From Syntrophales bacterium (GTDB lineage Bacteria > Desulfobacterota > Syntrophia > Syntrophales > UBA6807), in contig JAXGPA010000002.1 in NCBI GenBank assembly GCA_040767195.1, positions 128,001-192,000 on the forward strand: a stretch of DNA of 64,000 nucleotides, given 5' to 3'. The notes under the pieces were generated by a model. That model saw only the letters and a list, made by a program, of their open reading frames with translations, did no database searches and was not told the DNA's origin. Positions 18,392 to 28,097 of this stretch are shown in pieces. The first letter of the stretch is position 1, and every line of letters begins with the position of its first letter. The position numbers and the translations under genes are program-made.

Positions 18392-18782
18392 CGGAACACC
18401 TGCTGAAAATACATTAACCCGCTCTGCTCGAAACGATCGTTCCCGATGTCCATACGTAACAGCATTCCTATAGCAAGTCAACGAACACAGGGGCCGCCAC
18501 TCAGGTGGCATGGACGCACGGGCGGATCGCCGTTCCTGCATTCACGGGCGGTGAAACCCGCCGCGCCCGACGGTGACCCGGGCTAGGTGTTTTCCGGAAG
18601 CCGTCAGGGAAGCGTTCCCGAAACACCGGTGATGGGGAAATCACCCCGAACCCATTCCATGGAGATATCCCACGGCGCCCATGACTTTCCCGGCGTTCGG
18701 GTTCTCCGACGAAAGAGGGCGCCTTTTCAGGGGGCCGGAAGGATCTTTTCCGCCCGTCCCGAGGCCGGTCGGGCCGGGCCGG

Positions 18783-20039
18783 TCAATTCCCGGCCTCCGG
18801 CTGGGGGAAGGTACACTTTCCCTCTCCCAGGTAAAGACCGAAAAGATAGGGTTTCTGGGAAAGGAAGGCCATGGCCTGGTTGTGGACCTCCTCCTCGGCA
18901 AACGTCACGCTGTAGCGCCAGGTCTGGTAATCGAAGGTGAGGCTCCGGGCGAAGTAAAGGGGTTTCAGGACGTTGATGATCTCCCGCTTGGATGTTTCCG
19001 CGGCCCCGTCGAACAGGTACAGGAGAGTGTAGACCATCTGGGACCAGAGCATGATGTCCACATCGTAGTTGTCCATGTGGAACATGGCGTCGAACCGGCC
19101 GTAGGCGTAAGGGGTCAGGTACTGCCGGACCAGGTCCTTGTACTGCTCGTATTCGTTCCGGCAGTCCCGCTTCAGTTTCAGGATGTCGATGTTCAGCCAC
19201 TGAGGGTCCTGGAGCTTCTTCATGCCCGTACGGTTCACATTCTGGACCTTCATCTGATAGACCGTCCTGGCGCCGTTTTCGAGCCATTTTTCAAGCCACG
19301 TGAACCGGTGGCTCAGGATCGTCGAAAACAGGGCGTAGACCACCTCCTCGAACATCCTTCCCAGCTTCGGGGAACTGGCCTTGTGAATCTTCGCACCCAG
19401 GCCGGCCTCGCAGGTCCGGAAATCGCCGAAAACGGCGTTCAGGGACATGAAGATGTCAATCCCGTACTGCCGGACCATGTCGTTCCAGGGCAGGCTGAGC
19501 CAGTGGGAGCAGAGCCGGGGGGAAAAGGCGAAATCCCCGCCGATGGGCTGGCGTATGTCCAGCCCCGTCAGGGAAAAAACCAGGGGATAACACAGATGGT
19601 TCGTGATCGTCCCGTCGAACTGGTGCCGGGAATAGTAGGGGGTGACGAAGTCATACCCGCCCTGAAGAACAGGAAACCCCAGGTACTTGATCCACTCGGG
19701 GGTGATCGACCGGAGATCGGCGTCCACGACGACGATGGTCCGGGCTTCCGCCTTTTCACAGAACTGGAAAAGATTCCAGAAATTGTTCCCTTTCCCACGG
19801 ACGCCTTCGGGCGTGGCGATGTATTTGCGGTCAACCCTTTTTGGAAAGGGCGCCGCCAGGAAGGCCTCCCGCGTCCCGTCGGGGCTCCGGTTGTCGCAGT
19901 TGACGACGACGGTTCGCAGATCGGGGAAGTACTTTTCCAGGCCCCTGCCGGCGGCCTCGGCCACGTGTCCGATGGTTTCCGCTTCGTGGTACGACGGAAT
20001 ACCGACGACGACATCGTATTTTTCGTTCTGAACGCCCAT
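18783..20039 (-). CDS. Glycosyltransferase, glucosylglycerate/mannosylglycerate synthase-like
   Basis: VGIPSYHEAETI, D..SPDGT, GKG, DADLRSITPEW, YYSRHQFDGTITN, RQPIGGDF, YGIDI. Confidence 0.8.
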   Translation of the reverse strand: MGVQNEKYDVVVGIPSYHEAETIGHVAEAAGRGLEKYFPDLRTVVVNCDNRSPDGTREAFLAAPFPKRVDRKYIATPEGVRGKGNNFWNLFQFCEKAEARTIVVVDADLRSITPEWIKYLGFPVLQGGYDFVTPYYSRHQFDGTITNHLCYPLVFSLTGLDIRQPIGGDFAFSPRLCSHWLSLPWNDMVRQYGIDIFMSLNAVFGDFRTCEAGLGAKIHKASSPKLGRMFEEVVYALFSTILSHRFTWLEKWLENGARTVYQMKVQNVNRTGMKKLQDPQWLNIDILKLKRDCRNEYEQYKDLVRQYLTPYAYGRFDAMFHMDNYDVDIMLWSQMVYTLLYLFDGAAETSKREIINVLKPLYFARSLTFDYQTWRYSVTFAEEEVHNQAMAFLSQKPYLFGLYLGEGKCTFPQPEAGN

Positions 20040-20202
20040 GCCCTCCCTCTTTTTTTCTTTTGTCCCTTCGGGACCCGAAAGGGCGGGTCAGGACAAGACG
20101 ACAAGACCTTTCCTTTTCTCAACCCGCCGTCGGGAAATCTTTCACCGGTTCCACCGCGGTGCCGCGGTGCCCCGGCGGAACCCCACGGGATTCACGGCCC
20201 CG

Positions 20203-21066
20203 TCACGGGGAAACGCCTGCGAACCGCCGGGCGCTCGACAGCGTGTTGGACAGCAGCATGGCAATGGTCATGGGTCCCACGCCGCCGGGCACGGGGGTGA
20301 TGTGGGAAGCCTTTTCCACTGCTTCCCCGAAGGCCACATCCCCCACGAGCTTCCCCCCCGCCGGGCGGTTCGTCCCCACGTCGATGACCACCGCCCCCTC
20401 GCGAACCATGTCGCCCCGGATCATTTCGGGATTCCCGGCGGCGGCGACGAGAATCTCTCCCCGGCGGGTCACCTCCCCGAGGTTGCGGGTCCGGGTGTGG
20501 CAGACGGTGATGGTGGCGTGCCGGGCGAGCAGCATGAGGGCGAGCGGTTTCCCCACGATGTTGCTCCGACCCACGATGACCGCTTCTTTCCCTTCCATGG
20601 GAATCCGGTAGCGGTCAAGAAGCGCGATGACCCCGGCAGGCGTGCAGGCCCGGTGAAAGGGATTCCCCGTGAAAAGCCCCCCCACGTTGTACGGGTGAAA
20701 GCCGTCCACATCCTTCCGGGGGTCGATGGCTTCAAGAACGGGTTCCGGCCTGAGCGGTTTCGGCAGGGGGAGCTGAACGAGGATGCCGTGTATGCCGGCA
20801 TCGCCGTTCAGCTCCCCGATCAGTCTCAAAAGGGTCTCCTCCCGGGTGTTTTCGGGCAGCCGATATTCCCGGGAAAAAAATCCCGCCTCCCCGCAGGCTT
20901 TCTCTTTCATGCCCACGTAAATCTTCGAAGCGGGGTCCTCGCCGACGAGAACGACGGCCAGTCCCGGCCGGACGCCCGTGGCGCCGAAGAGATCCAGGGC
21001 CCCCTGACGGATTTCCTCCCGGATTTCCCCGGCAACCTTCTTCCCGTCGATGATGACCGCCGCCAT
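20203..21066 (-). CDS. folD: Bifunctional methylene-THF dehydrogenase/cyclohydrolase
   Basis: IIDGK, HGILVQLPLP, KDVDG, GRSNIVGKP, TPVPGGVGPMT. Confidence 0.96.
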   Translation of the reverse strand: MAAVIIDGKKVAGEIREEIRQGALDLFGATGVRPGLAVVLVGEDPASKIYVGMKEKACGEAGFFSREYRLPENTREETLLRLIGELNGDAGIHGILVQLPLPKPLRPEPVLEAIDPRKDVDGFHPYNVGGLFTGNPFHRACTPAGVIALLDRYRIPMEGKEAVIVGRSNIVGKPLALMLLARHATITVCHTRTRNLGEVTRRGEILVAAAGNPEMIRGDMVREGAVVIDVGTNRPAGGKLVGDVAFGEAVEKASHITPVPGGVGPMTIAMLLSNTLSSARRFAGVSP

Positions 21067-21077
21067 GACGGGATCCC

Positions 21078-21614
21078 TTATTCCGACTGGAGGTCGATGG
21101 CCAGCTTCACGAGCGTCTCCACCTGGTCGTCGGGAACCCGGCCCCGGACGATGGCCCGGCAGACCCGATTCTTGTCGAGGATGACGGCGTTTGCCGTGTC
21201 CTTGCCCAGCCCCCAGGCGTTTCTCAACTTGGCATCATAGTCGAAAAGAATGACCGTCTTGTATTTCTTGGCCTTCTCCCCGGCGATGGCCCGGATGAGA
21301 AAATTCGGCTTCCACGTGGCGTCGCAGTCTACGATCCCGATGCCCTTGTAGGTTTCCTCCTTCAGGAGGCCCTCCTCCTTGGCTTTTTTCATGGCGTCGG
21401 TAAAATGCTCGTTCAGGTCCGACTCGTCAGGGTCCACGTAGTTCACCAGGAGAACCCGCCCCGCCCAGGATTCCATGGTGAACGCCTTTCCGTCCGCGTC
21501 GGGAAAGGACCAGTCCGAAGCGGTCATTCCCACCTGCAACTCCTCCGCGCCGGCGGAAAAGCCGCAGAAAACCATGCAGAAAACCACCATCAAAAAGACT
21601 TTCATTCTTTTCAT
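21078..21614 (-). CDS. YtfJ-family exported thioredoxin-like protein
   Basis: Signal peptide, YVDPDESDLN, W.PNF, AWGL. Confidence 0.7.
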   Translation of the reverse strand: MKRMKVFLMVVFCMVFCGFSAGAEELQVGMTASDWSFPDADGKAFTMESWAGRVLLVNYVDPDESDLNEHFTDAMKKAKEEGLLKEETYKGIGIVDCDATWKPNFLIRAIAGEKAKKYKTVILFDYDAKLRNAWGLGKDTANAVILDKNRVCRAIVRGRVPDDQVETLVKLAIDLQSE

Positions 21615-21724
21615 CGATTCCCCTCCTTTCTCACACAGGGATGTCATCAGTTACATTGATCCGGGGCGAAATGTCAAGGCCGCGGGAAAGAATCCGAAAG
21701 GGGGTTTTTTCCCCGACATTTGTA

Positions 21725-21753
21725 TTGAAACTCCATACCCGTTGTGCTATGGT
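21725..21753 (+). promoter_or_regulatory. Sigma70-type promoter (extended -10) of the beta-oxidation cluster
   Basis: TTGAAA-N17-TATGGT with TG upstream of -10. Confidence 0.55.
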
Positions 21754-21783
21754 GTGTTCGCCTTGGAGGGAGGTTTTTTCTTA

Positions 21784-23250
21784 ATGGAATATGCTAACTT
21801 AGGCAAAATGTTGGAACATTCGGCCGGGCGCTATTCCCATCTCCCTTCCATTATTTTCAAGGACCTCCGAATCTCCTACGGCGACCTGAACGGGGCCGTC
21901 AACGCCCTGGCCAATCACCTCCAGGGTCTGCCCGTAAAAAAAGGGGACAAGGTGGCCATTCTCCTTCCCAACGGCCCCGAGTTCGTCATCGCCTACTTCG
22001 CCGCCGCGAAAATCGGCGCCGTCGCCGTCACCCTGAGCGTTTTTTCGACGCCTTACGAACTGCAGCATCTCCTCGAAAACAGCGAGTCGGTGATTCTCAT
22101 CACCACGACCGCCGCGGCAAAACGGTTCGCCGAGATCCGCGACCAGGTCCCCCGGTGCCGGCACCTTCTCCTCACCGACGGCGCCTTCGGTCCGTCACCC
22201 TTCCGGGAGGCCCTGGACGGAAACAGCCCCGAATTCGAGTCCCCGCCCATCGGGAGCGATGACCCGGCAGTGATGATCTACACGGCGGGGCTCACCGGCA
22301 GGCCCCTGGGGGCCGTCCTCACCCACGGGAACATGGCCACCCAGTGCACGCTCCTCCGTGAAATCTGCGAGGGCCGGGAGGGCGACGTGGGCCTTTGCCT
22401 CATCCCCCTCTTCCACGCCTTCGGCGCCGCCGCCAACATGGTAAGCGCCCTGGAACTGGGGGCCGCCATGGTCATGATGGACCAGCTCAACATGGACGGC
22501 ATCTTCGAGGCCATCGCCCGGGAAAGGATCACCTACATCGCCGCCGTGCCCCGGCTCTTTCTCGGCATGCTTCTTCATGACGGCGCCGAAAGGCATGACG
22601 TCGGTTCCCTCCGCCTGTGCATCACCGGGGGGTCCGCCATGATACCCGAGTTCATCCCCCCCTTCCAGGAGAAGTTCTCCGTCAAGCTCATGGAAGGCTA
22701 CGGCCTCACGGAAGCCGCGCCGGTGTGCTCCTTCAGCCGGCCCTGGATGGCCCAGAAGCCGGGTTCCATCGGAATTCCTATCCCCGGCGCGACAGCCCGG
22801 GTGGTGGACGACGCCGGCGGGGATCTTCCGGCGAACGGTGAGGGGGAGCTTCTCATCCGGGGGAAAAACGTCATGTCGGGATACTACAGGGCCGAGGAGG
22901 CCACGGCTTCGGTCATCCGCGACGGCTGGCTCTACACGGGCGATCTGGCAAGGATCGACGAGGAGGGATACATCTTCCTCACGGGAAGAAAGAAACGAAT
23001 GATCATCACGAGCGGGTTCAACGTGTACCCCCGGGAAGTGGAAGTTGTCCTCGAGAGACACCCTCTCGTGGCCGCCTGCCGGGTGACGTCGAAACCCGAC
23101 ATGATGCGGGGTGAAATCGTCAAAGCACTGGTCGTGCCGAAAAAGGGAAACATCCTCGATGACAAGGAACTCTTCCGTTACTGCCGATCCTACCTTTCCC
23201 CTTACAAGGTGCCCCGTGAAGTGGAATTTGTAGACAACCTGGAAAGTTAA
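21784..23250 (+). CDS. Acyl-CoA ligase (AMP-binding) homologue with a degenerate P-loop and no A10 lysine
   Basis: GYGLTE, TGDLA, NVYPREVE intact; YTAGLTGRPLG instead of YTSGTTGxPKG; GGAGG RBS. Confidence 0.85.
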   Translation: MEYANLGKMLEHSAGRYSHLPSIIFKDLRISYGDLNGAVNALANHLQGLPVKKGDKVAILLPNGPEFVIAYFAAAKIGAVAVTLSVFSTPYELQHLLENSESVILITTTAAAKRFAEIRDQVPRCRHLLLTDGAFGPSPFREALDGNSPEFESPPIGSDDPAVMIYTAGLTGRPLGAVLTHGNMATQCTLLREICEGREGDVGLCLIPLFHAFGAAANMVSALELGAAMVMMDQLNMDGIFEAIARERITYIAAVPRLFLGMLLHDGAERHDVGSLRLCITGGSAMIPEFIPPFQEKFSVKLMEGYGLTEAAPVCSFSRPWMAQKPGSIGIPIPGATARVVDDAGGDLPANGEGELLIRGKNVMSGYYRAEEATASVIRDGWLYTGDLARIDEEGYIFLTGRKKRMIITSGFNVYPREVEVVLERHPLVAACRVTSKPDMMRGEIVKALVVPKKGNILDDKELFRYCRSYLSPYKVPREVEFVDNLES

Positions 23251-23414
23251 TTTTTCTTTCCCCGGCATTTCACCCCCTGCGGTAAACAGGTTTCGCACGC
23301 CGTTCTCTGGAAGAAGGCTGGCGCCCCGCCGTCGCGCCATATTCCCGCCGGCCTGCCGGAGTGACCGGATATCGGTAATCCATTCAAGGATAAATTACAC
23401 ACAGGAGGCAATGC

Positions 23415-24776
23415 ATGGAAAAGGTTCCGCAGAAACTGGACAGAAAGCGAGCCGAAGTCTACAAGGACGCCCCTGTCGCCAAGTTCGGCGAGAGGAAACC
23501 GGATTATTCCGGGATGGGAAAGAAAGTCAAGAACGTATACAAGGGCTTCCGTGAAGTGGTCTGCGTCTCCGCCTGCCGTACCCCCTACGGGCGTTTCGGC
23601 GGCGGGCTGGCGTCCTTCGACGCCCCGGAGCTGGGCGCCCTGGCCATCAAGGAGTGCCTGAGGCGAGTGAGCCCCAAGGTAAAGGCCGAAGACATCGACT
23701 ACGTCATCATGGGCCAGGTCGTCCCCGCCGGCTGCGGCCAGGTGCCGAGCCGTCAGGCGTCCATCCTGGCGGGACTGCCCGAATGGGTCCCCTCCATCAC
23801 CGTCAACAAGGTCTGCTCCTCGGGAATCAAGACCGTCGACCTGGGGGTCCAGATGATCAAGATGGGCCGGGCGGACATCATCATCGCCGGCGGCCAGGAA
23901 AGCATGAGCAACTGCCCCTTCTCCCTGCCCGGCATGCGGTGGGGCGCCCGGATGGGCCTGACGACGGTGCCTTCGGTGGACCTCATGGTCTACGACGGGC
24001 TCTGGGACGCCTTCTACAACCGGCACATGGCCATCCACGGCTCCGAGACGGCCGACGAGTTCGGCTTCACCCGGGAGGACCAGGACGAATGGGCCCTCCA
24101 GTCCCAGAAGGCGGCCGGGGAAGCGATAAAGGCGGGCCGTCTCGACGACGAGATCTTCCCCGTGGAGGTCCGCCAGGGAAAGAAAGTCGTCGTGGTGGAC
24201 AAGGACGAGTTCCCGAGGCCGGACACGACCCTGGAAGCCCTGGCCAAGCTGCCGCCGGTCTTCAACCACAAGAGCGCCGTCACGGGACAGCCGGGCAGCG
24301 TCACCGCCGGGAACGCCCCGGGGGTGAACGACGGCGGGGACGTGTGCATGATCATGAGCCGCGAGACGGCGGACCGCCTGGGGCTGAAGCCCCTCTTCTC
24401 GATCGTCGACTACGCCGAAGTCTCCCAGCCGACGAAGGACATCGCCACCGTTCCCGGTCTCTCCATCAAGAAGGTCCTCGAACAGAACGACCTGACCGTC
24501 AACGATGTGAAAATCATCGAGATCAACGAGGCCTTCGCCGCCGTCGCCCTCATCAGCGCCCGGTCGATCCTCGGCCTCAGCAAGGAGGAAATGAAGGAAA
24601 AGGTGAACGTGAACGGCAGCGCCATCGCCTACGGCCACCCCATCGGGGCGACGGGCGCCCGGATCCTCATGACGCTGGGCTACGAGCTCCGGCGGCGAGG
24701 CGGCGGCCTCGGCGTCTGCGGCATCTGCTCCGGTCACGCCCAGGGCGATGCCATGCTTATCAAGGTGGAACCGTAA
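23415..24776 (+). CDS. Acetyl-CoA C-acyltransferase (thiolase) with an N-terminal extension
   Basis: NKVCSSG, NEAFA, GHPIGATG, CSGHAQG; AGGAGG RBS. Confidence 0.93.
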   Translation: MEKVPQKLDRKRAEVYKDAPVAKFGERKPDYSGMGKKVKNVYKGFREVVCVSACRTPYGRFGGGLASFDAPELGALAIKECLRRVSPKVKAEDIDYVIMGQVVPAGCGQVPSRQASILAGLPEWVPSITVNKVCSSGIKTVDLGVQMIKMGRADIIIAGGQESMSNCPFSLPGMRWGARMGLTTVPSVDLMVYDGLWDAFYNRHMAIHGSETADEFGFTREDQDEWALQSQKAAGEAIKAGRLDDEIFPVEVRQGKKVVVVDKDEFPRPDTTLEALAKLPPVFNHKSAVTGQPGSVTAGNAPGVNDGGDVCMIMSRETADRLGLKPLFSIVDYAEVSQPTKDIATVPGLSIKKVLEQNDLTVNDVKIIEINEAFAAVALISARSILGLSKEEMKEKVNVNGSAIAYGHPIGATGARILMTLGYELRRRGGGLGVCGICSGHAQGDAMLIKVEP

Positions 24777-24903
24777 CACGGGACGGAAACGTTCGGTCGC
24801 ACCTCTACAGGCAGACAAGGAGCAGAAACGGCCAGACACTGCCGCAGGGCTGAGCGAAAACCCGTGATTGAATAACTTCACAGTGAAGAAAGGAGAAGTT
24901 GGA

Positions 24904-26193
24904 ATGAAGGATGTCGTTATCGTAAGTGGTGCAAGAACCGCCGTAGGAGAATTCGGCGGTTCCCTGAAGGGTGTTTCCGTCGTCGAGATGGGAAGGCTCT
25001 GCATGAAAGAAGCCATCAAGAGGGCCGGGCTCCGCCCCGCCATCAATGATTTCGTCAAGTCAGCCCGTCCCGAGATCTTCGGCGAATTCGACATGACGGA
25101 AGTTCAGAAAAAGGGCTATGATTACGATGAGTCCCTGACCCCCGTCTACTTCGACGAGGTCATCTTCGGAAACGTCCTCACCGCCGGCCAGGGCCAGAAC
25201 CCCCCCCGGCAGTCGGCCATCTACGCCGGGCTTCCCGAGGAAACGAACGTCATCACCGTCCAGAAGGTGTGCGCCTCGGGGATGAAGGCCATCTCACTGG
25301 CCGCCCAGGTCATCCAGTGCGGCGACGGCGACATCATCGTCGCCGGCGGCATGGAAAACATGAGCAACGTCCCTTACGGCCTTCCCGACGCCCGCTGGGG
25401 GTACCGCATGAACATGCCCTTCGGCAAGGTCACGGACCTCATGGTCCACGACGGCCTTTGGGAAATCTTCAACGCCTACCACATGGGCTTCACGGCGGAG
25501 AACATCGCCGAGAAATACGGCATCTCCCGGCAAGAGCAGGACGAGCTGGCCTATGAAAGCCATCGCCGGGCCCGGGCGGCCAACGCCAGCGGCGCCGTGG
25601 CCGACGAGATCGTCCCCGTGGTCATCCCCCAGAGGAAGGGCGACCCCAAGGTCTTCAAGGTGGACGAGCGACCCATGGACACCACCCTGGAAAAGATGGC
25701 CAAGCTGGCCCCGGTCTTCAAGAAGACGGGGACCGTCACGGCGGGGAACGCCTCGGGCATCAATGACGGCGCCTGCGCCGTCGTCGTGGCGAGCGCCGAC
25801 AAGGCGAAGGAACTGGGGCTGAAGCCCATGGTGAAGATCAAGGGCTTTGCCTCCGGGGGCGTCGATCCGGCCTTCATGGGCCTCGGTCCCATCCCGGCGG
25901 TGAAGAAGGTCATGAAGAAACTCAACCTGACCATCGGCGACTTCGACCTCGTCGAGCTGAACGAAGCCTTTGCCTGCCAGGCCATCGGCTGCATCCGGGA
26001 ACTGAAAATTGATCTCAACAAGTGCAACCTGAACGGCAGCGGAATCTCCATCGGGCACCCCATCGGATGCACCGGCGCCCGGATCACCTACACGCTGGCC
26101 AACCAGATGGTGAAAGGAGACCTGAACCTGGGTCTCGCATCCCTTTGCATCGGCGGCGGCCAGGGTATGGCCATCGTCCTCGAAAGGGTGTAA
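24904..26193 (+). CDS. Acetyl-CoA C-acetyltransferase (thiolase)
   Basis: QKVCASG, NEAFA, GHPIGCTG, CIGGGQG. Confidence 0.94.
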   Translation: MKDVVIVSGARTAVGEFGGSLKGVSVVEMGRLCMKEAIKRAGLRPAINDFVKSARPEIFGEFDMTEVQKKGYDYDESLTPVYFDEVIFGNVLTAGQGQNPPRQSAIYAGLPEETNVITVQKVCASGMKAISLAAQVIQCGDGDIIVAGGMENMSNVPYGLPDARWGYRMNMPFGKVTDLMVHDGLWEIFNAYHMGFTAENIAEKYGISRQEQDELAYESHRRARAANASGAVADEIVPVVIPQRKGDPKVFKVDERPMDTTLEKMAKLAPVFKKTGTVTAGNASGINDGACAVVVASADKAKELGLKPMVKIKGFASGGVDPAFMGLGPIPAVKKVMKKLNLTIGDFDLVELNEAFACQAIGCIRELKIDLNKCNLNGSGISIGHPIGCTGARITYTLANQMVKGDLNLGLASLCIGGGQGMAIVLERV

Positions 26194-26337
26194 GTAAGCT
26201 TTTGAGGGAGAAGGGGGACCTTGTTCCTCCTTCTCCACCTCCCCGGGCCGGAGCGGCCGCCCGAGGCCGGCATTTTTACACGGGGAGCTGACCGGGGCAG
26301 TAAACCACTTCACATAAAGAAACAGGAGGGAGACATC

Positions 26338-27195
26338 ATGACAGTCAAAACGATTGGCGTCGTCGGCGCCGGACAGATGGGAAACGGGATCGCCCAGGTA
26401 GCGGCCTACCCGGGCGGGATTAACGTCATCATGAATGACATCGCCGACCAGTTCGTGGACCGCGGTTACGCCAGCATTTCCAAGAACCTGGACCGCCTCG
26501 TGGCCAAGGAGAAGATCACCGGCGACCAGAAGAACGAGATCCTCGGAAGGATCAAGAAAAGCACGAACCTGGAGGACATGAAGGATGCCGACTTCGTCGT
26601 CGAGGCGGCGGTGGAGCGGGAGGACCTGAAACTGGGCATCTTCAAGAAACTGGACGAATTCTGCAAACCCGATGTCATCCTGGCATCGAACACATCCTCC
26701 ATCCCCATCACCCGGATCGCCGGCGCGACGAAACGGCCCGACAAGGTGATCGGAATGCACTTCATGAACCCCGTCCCGGTGATGCGCCTCGTGGAAATCA
26801 TCCGGGGGCTCGCCACCTCCCAGGCGACCTATGACCTCACGGAGAGCCTGTCCAAGCAGTTCGGCAAGGTCCCCGTGGAATGCAACGACTTCCCCGGCTT
26901 CATCTCCAACCGGATCCTCATGCCCATGATCAACGAGGCCGTCTACGCCCTCTTCGAAGGCGTGGGAACGCCCAAGGCCATCGACGACATCATGGTCCTC
27001 GGGATGAACCACCCCATGGGCCCCCTGGCCCTGGCCGACCTCATCGGTCTCGACACCTGCTGGGCCATCATGGACGTTCTCTACAAGGGCTTCGGCGACT
27101 CCAAGTACCGTCCCTGCCCGCTTCTCAAGAAATATGTAGACGCCGGGTACATGGGCCGGAAATCGGGAAAGGGATTCTACGACTACAGCAAGTAA
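26338..27195 (+). CDS. hbd: 3-hydroxybutyryl-CoA dehydrogenase
   Basis: [26 protein letters not shown]. Confidence 0.94.
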   Translation: MTVKTIGVVGAGQMGNGIAQVAAYPGGINVIMNDIADQFVDRGYASISKNLDRLVAKEKITGDQKNEILGRIKKSTNLEDMKDADFVVEAAVEREDLKLGIFKKLDEFCKPDVILASNTSSIPITRIAGATKRPDKVIGMHFMNPVPVMRLVEIIRGLATSQATYDLTESLSKQFGKVPVECNDFPGFISNRILMPMINEAVYALFEGVGTPKAIDDIMVLGMNHPMGPLALADLIGLDTCWAIMDVLYKGFGDSKYRPCPLLKKYVDAGYMGRKSGKGFYDYSK

Positions 27196-27237
27196 GCCTT
27201 CCTTCGGGCTTCAGACCAAAAAAGGGGGATGCATATC

Positions 27238-28020
27238 ATGGAATACAAAAATCTCTTGTTTGACGTACAGGACAAGGTCGCCCTTATCCAGTTCAACCGC
27301 CCCAAGGCCCTGAACGCCATGAACTCGGAGACCATGGGGGAACTCATGGACGCCGTCAAACGGTGCGGTAGCGACGACGGCATCAAGGCCGTGGTCCTCA
27401 CCGGCGCCGGCGACCGGGCCTTCGTGGCCGGGGCGGACATCGCGGAAATGCAGGAGCTGCCGCCTTCGGAAGCCCTGAAATTCATGGAGCGGGGGCACGA
27501 GACCTACCGAGCCATCGAGATCCTGCCAAAACCCACCATCGCGGCGGTCAAGGGTTTCGCCCTGGGCGGCGGCACGGAAATCGCCATGTCCTGCGACATG
27601 CGGTTCGCCGCCGACAACGCCCGGTTCGGCCAGCCGGAAATCCTGCTGGGCCTCACCCCGGGATGGGGCGGCACCCAGCGGCTTCCCCGGCTCATCGGAC
27701 TGGGGCGGGCCAAGGAGCTCATCATGGGCGGTGAACAGGTCAACGCCCAGAGGGCTTACGAGATCGGGCTGGTAAACCGGGTCTACCCGGCGGACCAGCT
27801 CATGGAGGAAACGATGAAGTTCGCCAAAAAGCTGGCGGGCATGCCGGGATTCGCCATCAAGATGGTGAAGCACGCCATGAACTTCGGCTGCGAGCTGCCC
27901 CTCGATCCCGCGAACCGCCTCGAAATGGAGTGCTGCGCCCAGTGCTTCAGCACCCACGATCAGAAGGAAGGCATGAAGGCATTCCTCGAAAAGAGAAAAG
28001 CCAACTTCCTCGACAAGTAA
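27238..28020 (+). CDS. crt: Enoyl-CoA hydratase (crotonase)
   Basis: AFVAGADI, ALGGGTE, FGQPE, PGWGGTQRL. Confidence 0.92.
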   Translation: MEYKNLLFDVQDKVALIQFNRPKALNAMNSETMGELMDAVKRCGSDDGIKAVVLTGAGDRAFVAGADIAEMQELPPSEALKFMERGHETYRAIEILPKPTIAAVKGFALGGGTEIAMSCDMRFAADNARFGQPEILLGLTPGWGGTQRLPRLIGLGRAKELIMGGEQVNAQRAYEIGLVNRVYPADQLMEETMKFAKKLAGMPGFAIKMVKHAMNFGCELPLDPANRLEMECCAQCFSTHDQKEGMKAFLEKRKANFLDK

Positions 28021-28097
28021 ACCGGAGTCATGACCGGCGGGGCGACGGGCCCCGCCGGCCCGATAAAAAAACAAAAAAAGGAATAAGGAGGGTGAGT

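Noticed and set aside
18460..18490. Possible sigma54 promoter (TTGCTATA on the minus strand)
   Set aside because: No GG at the -24 position.
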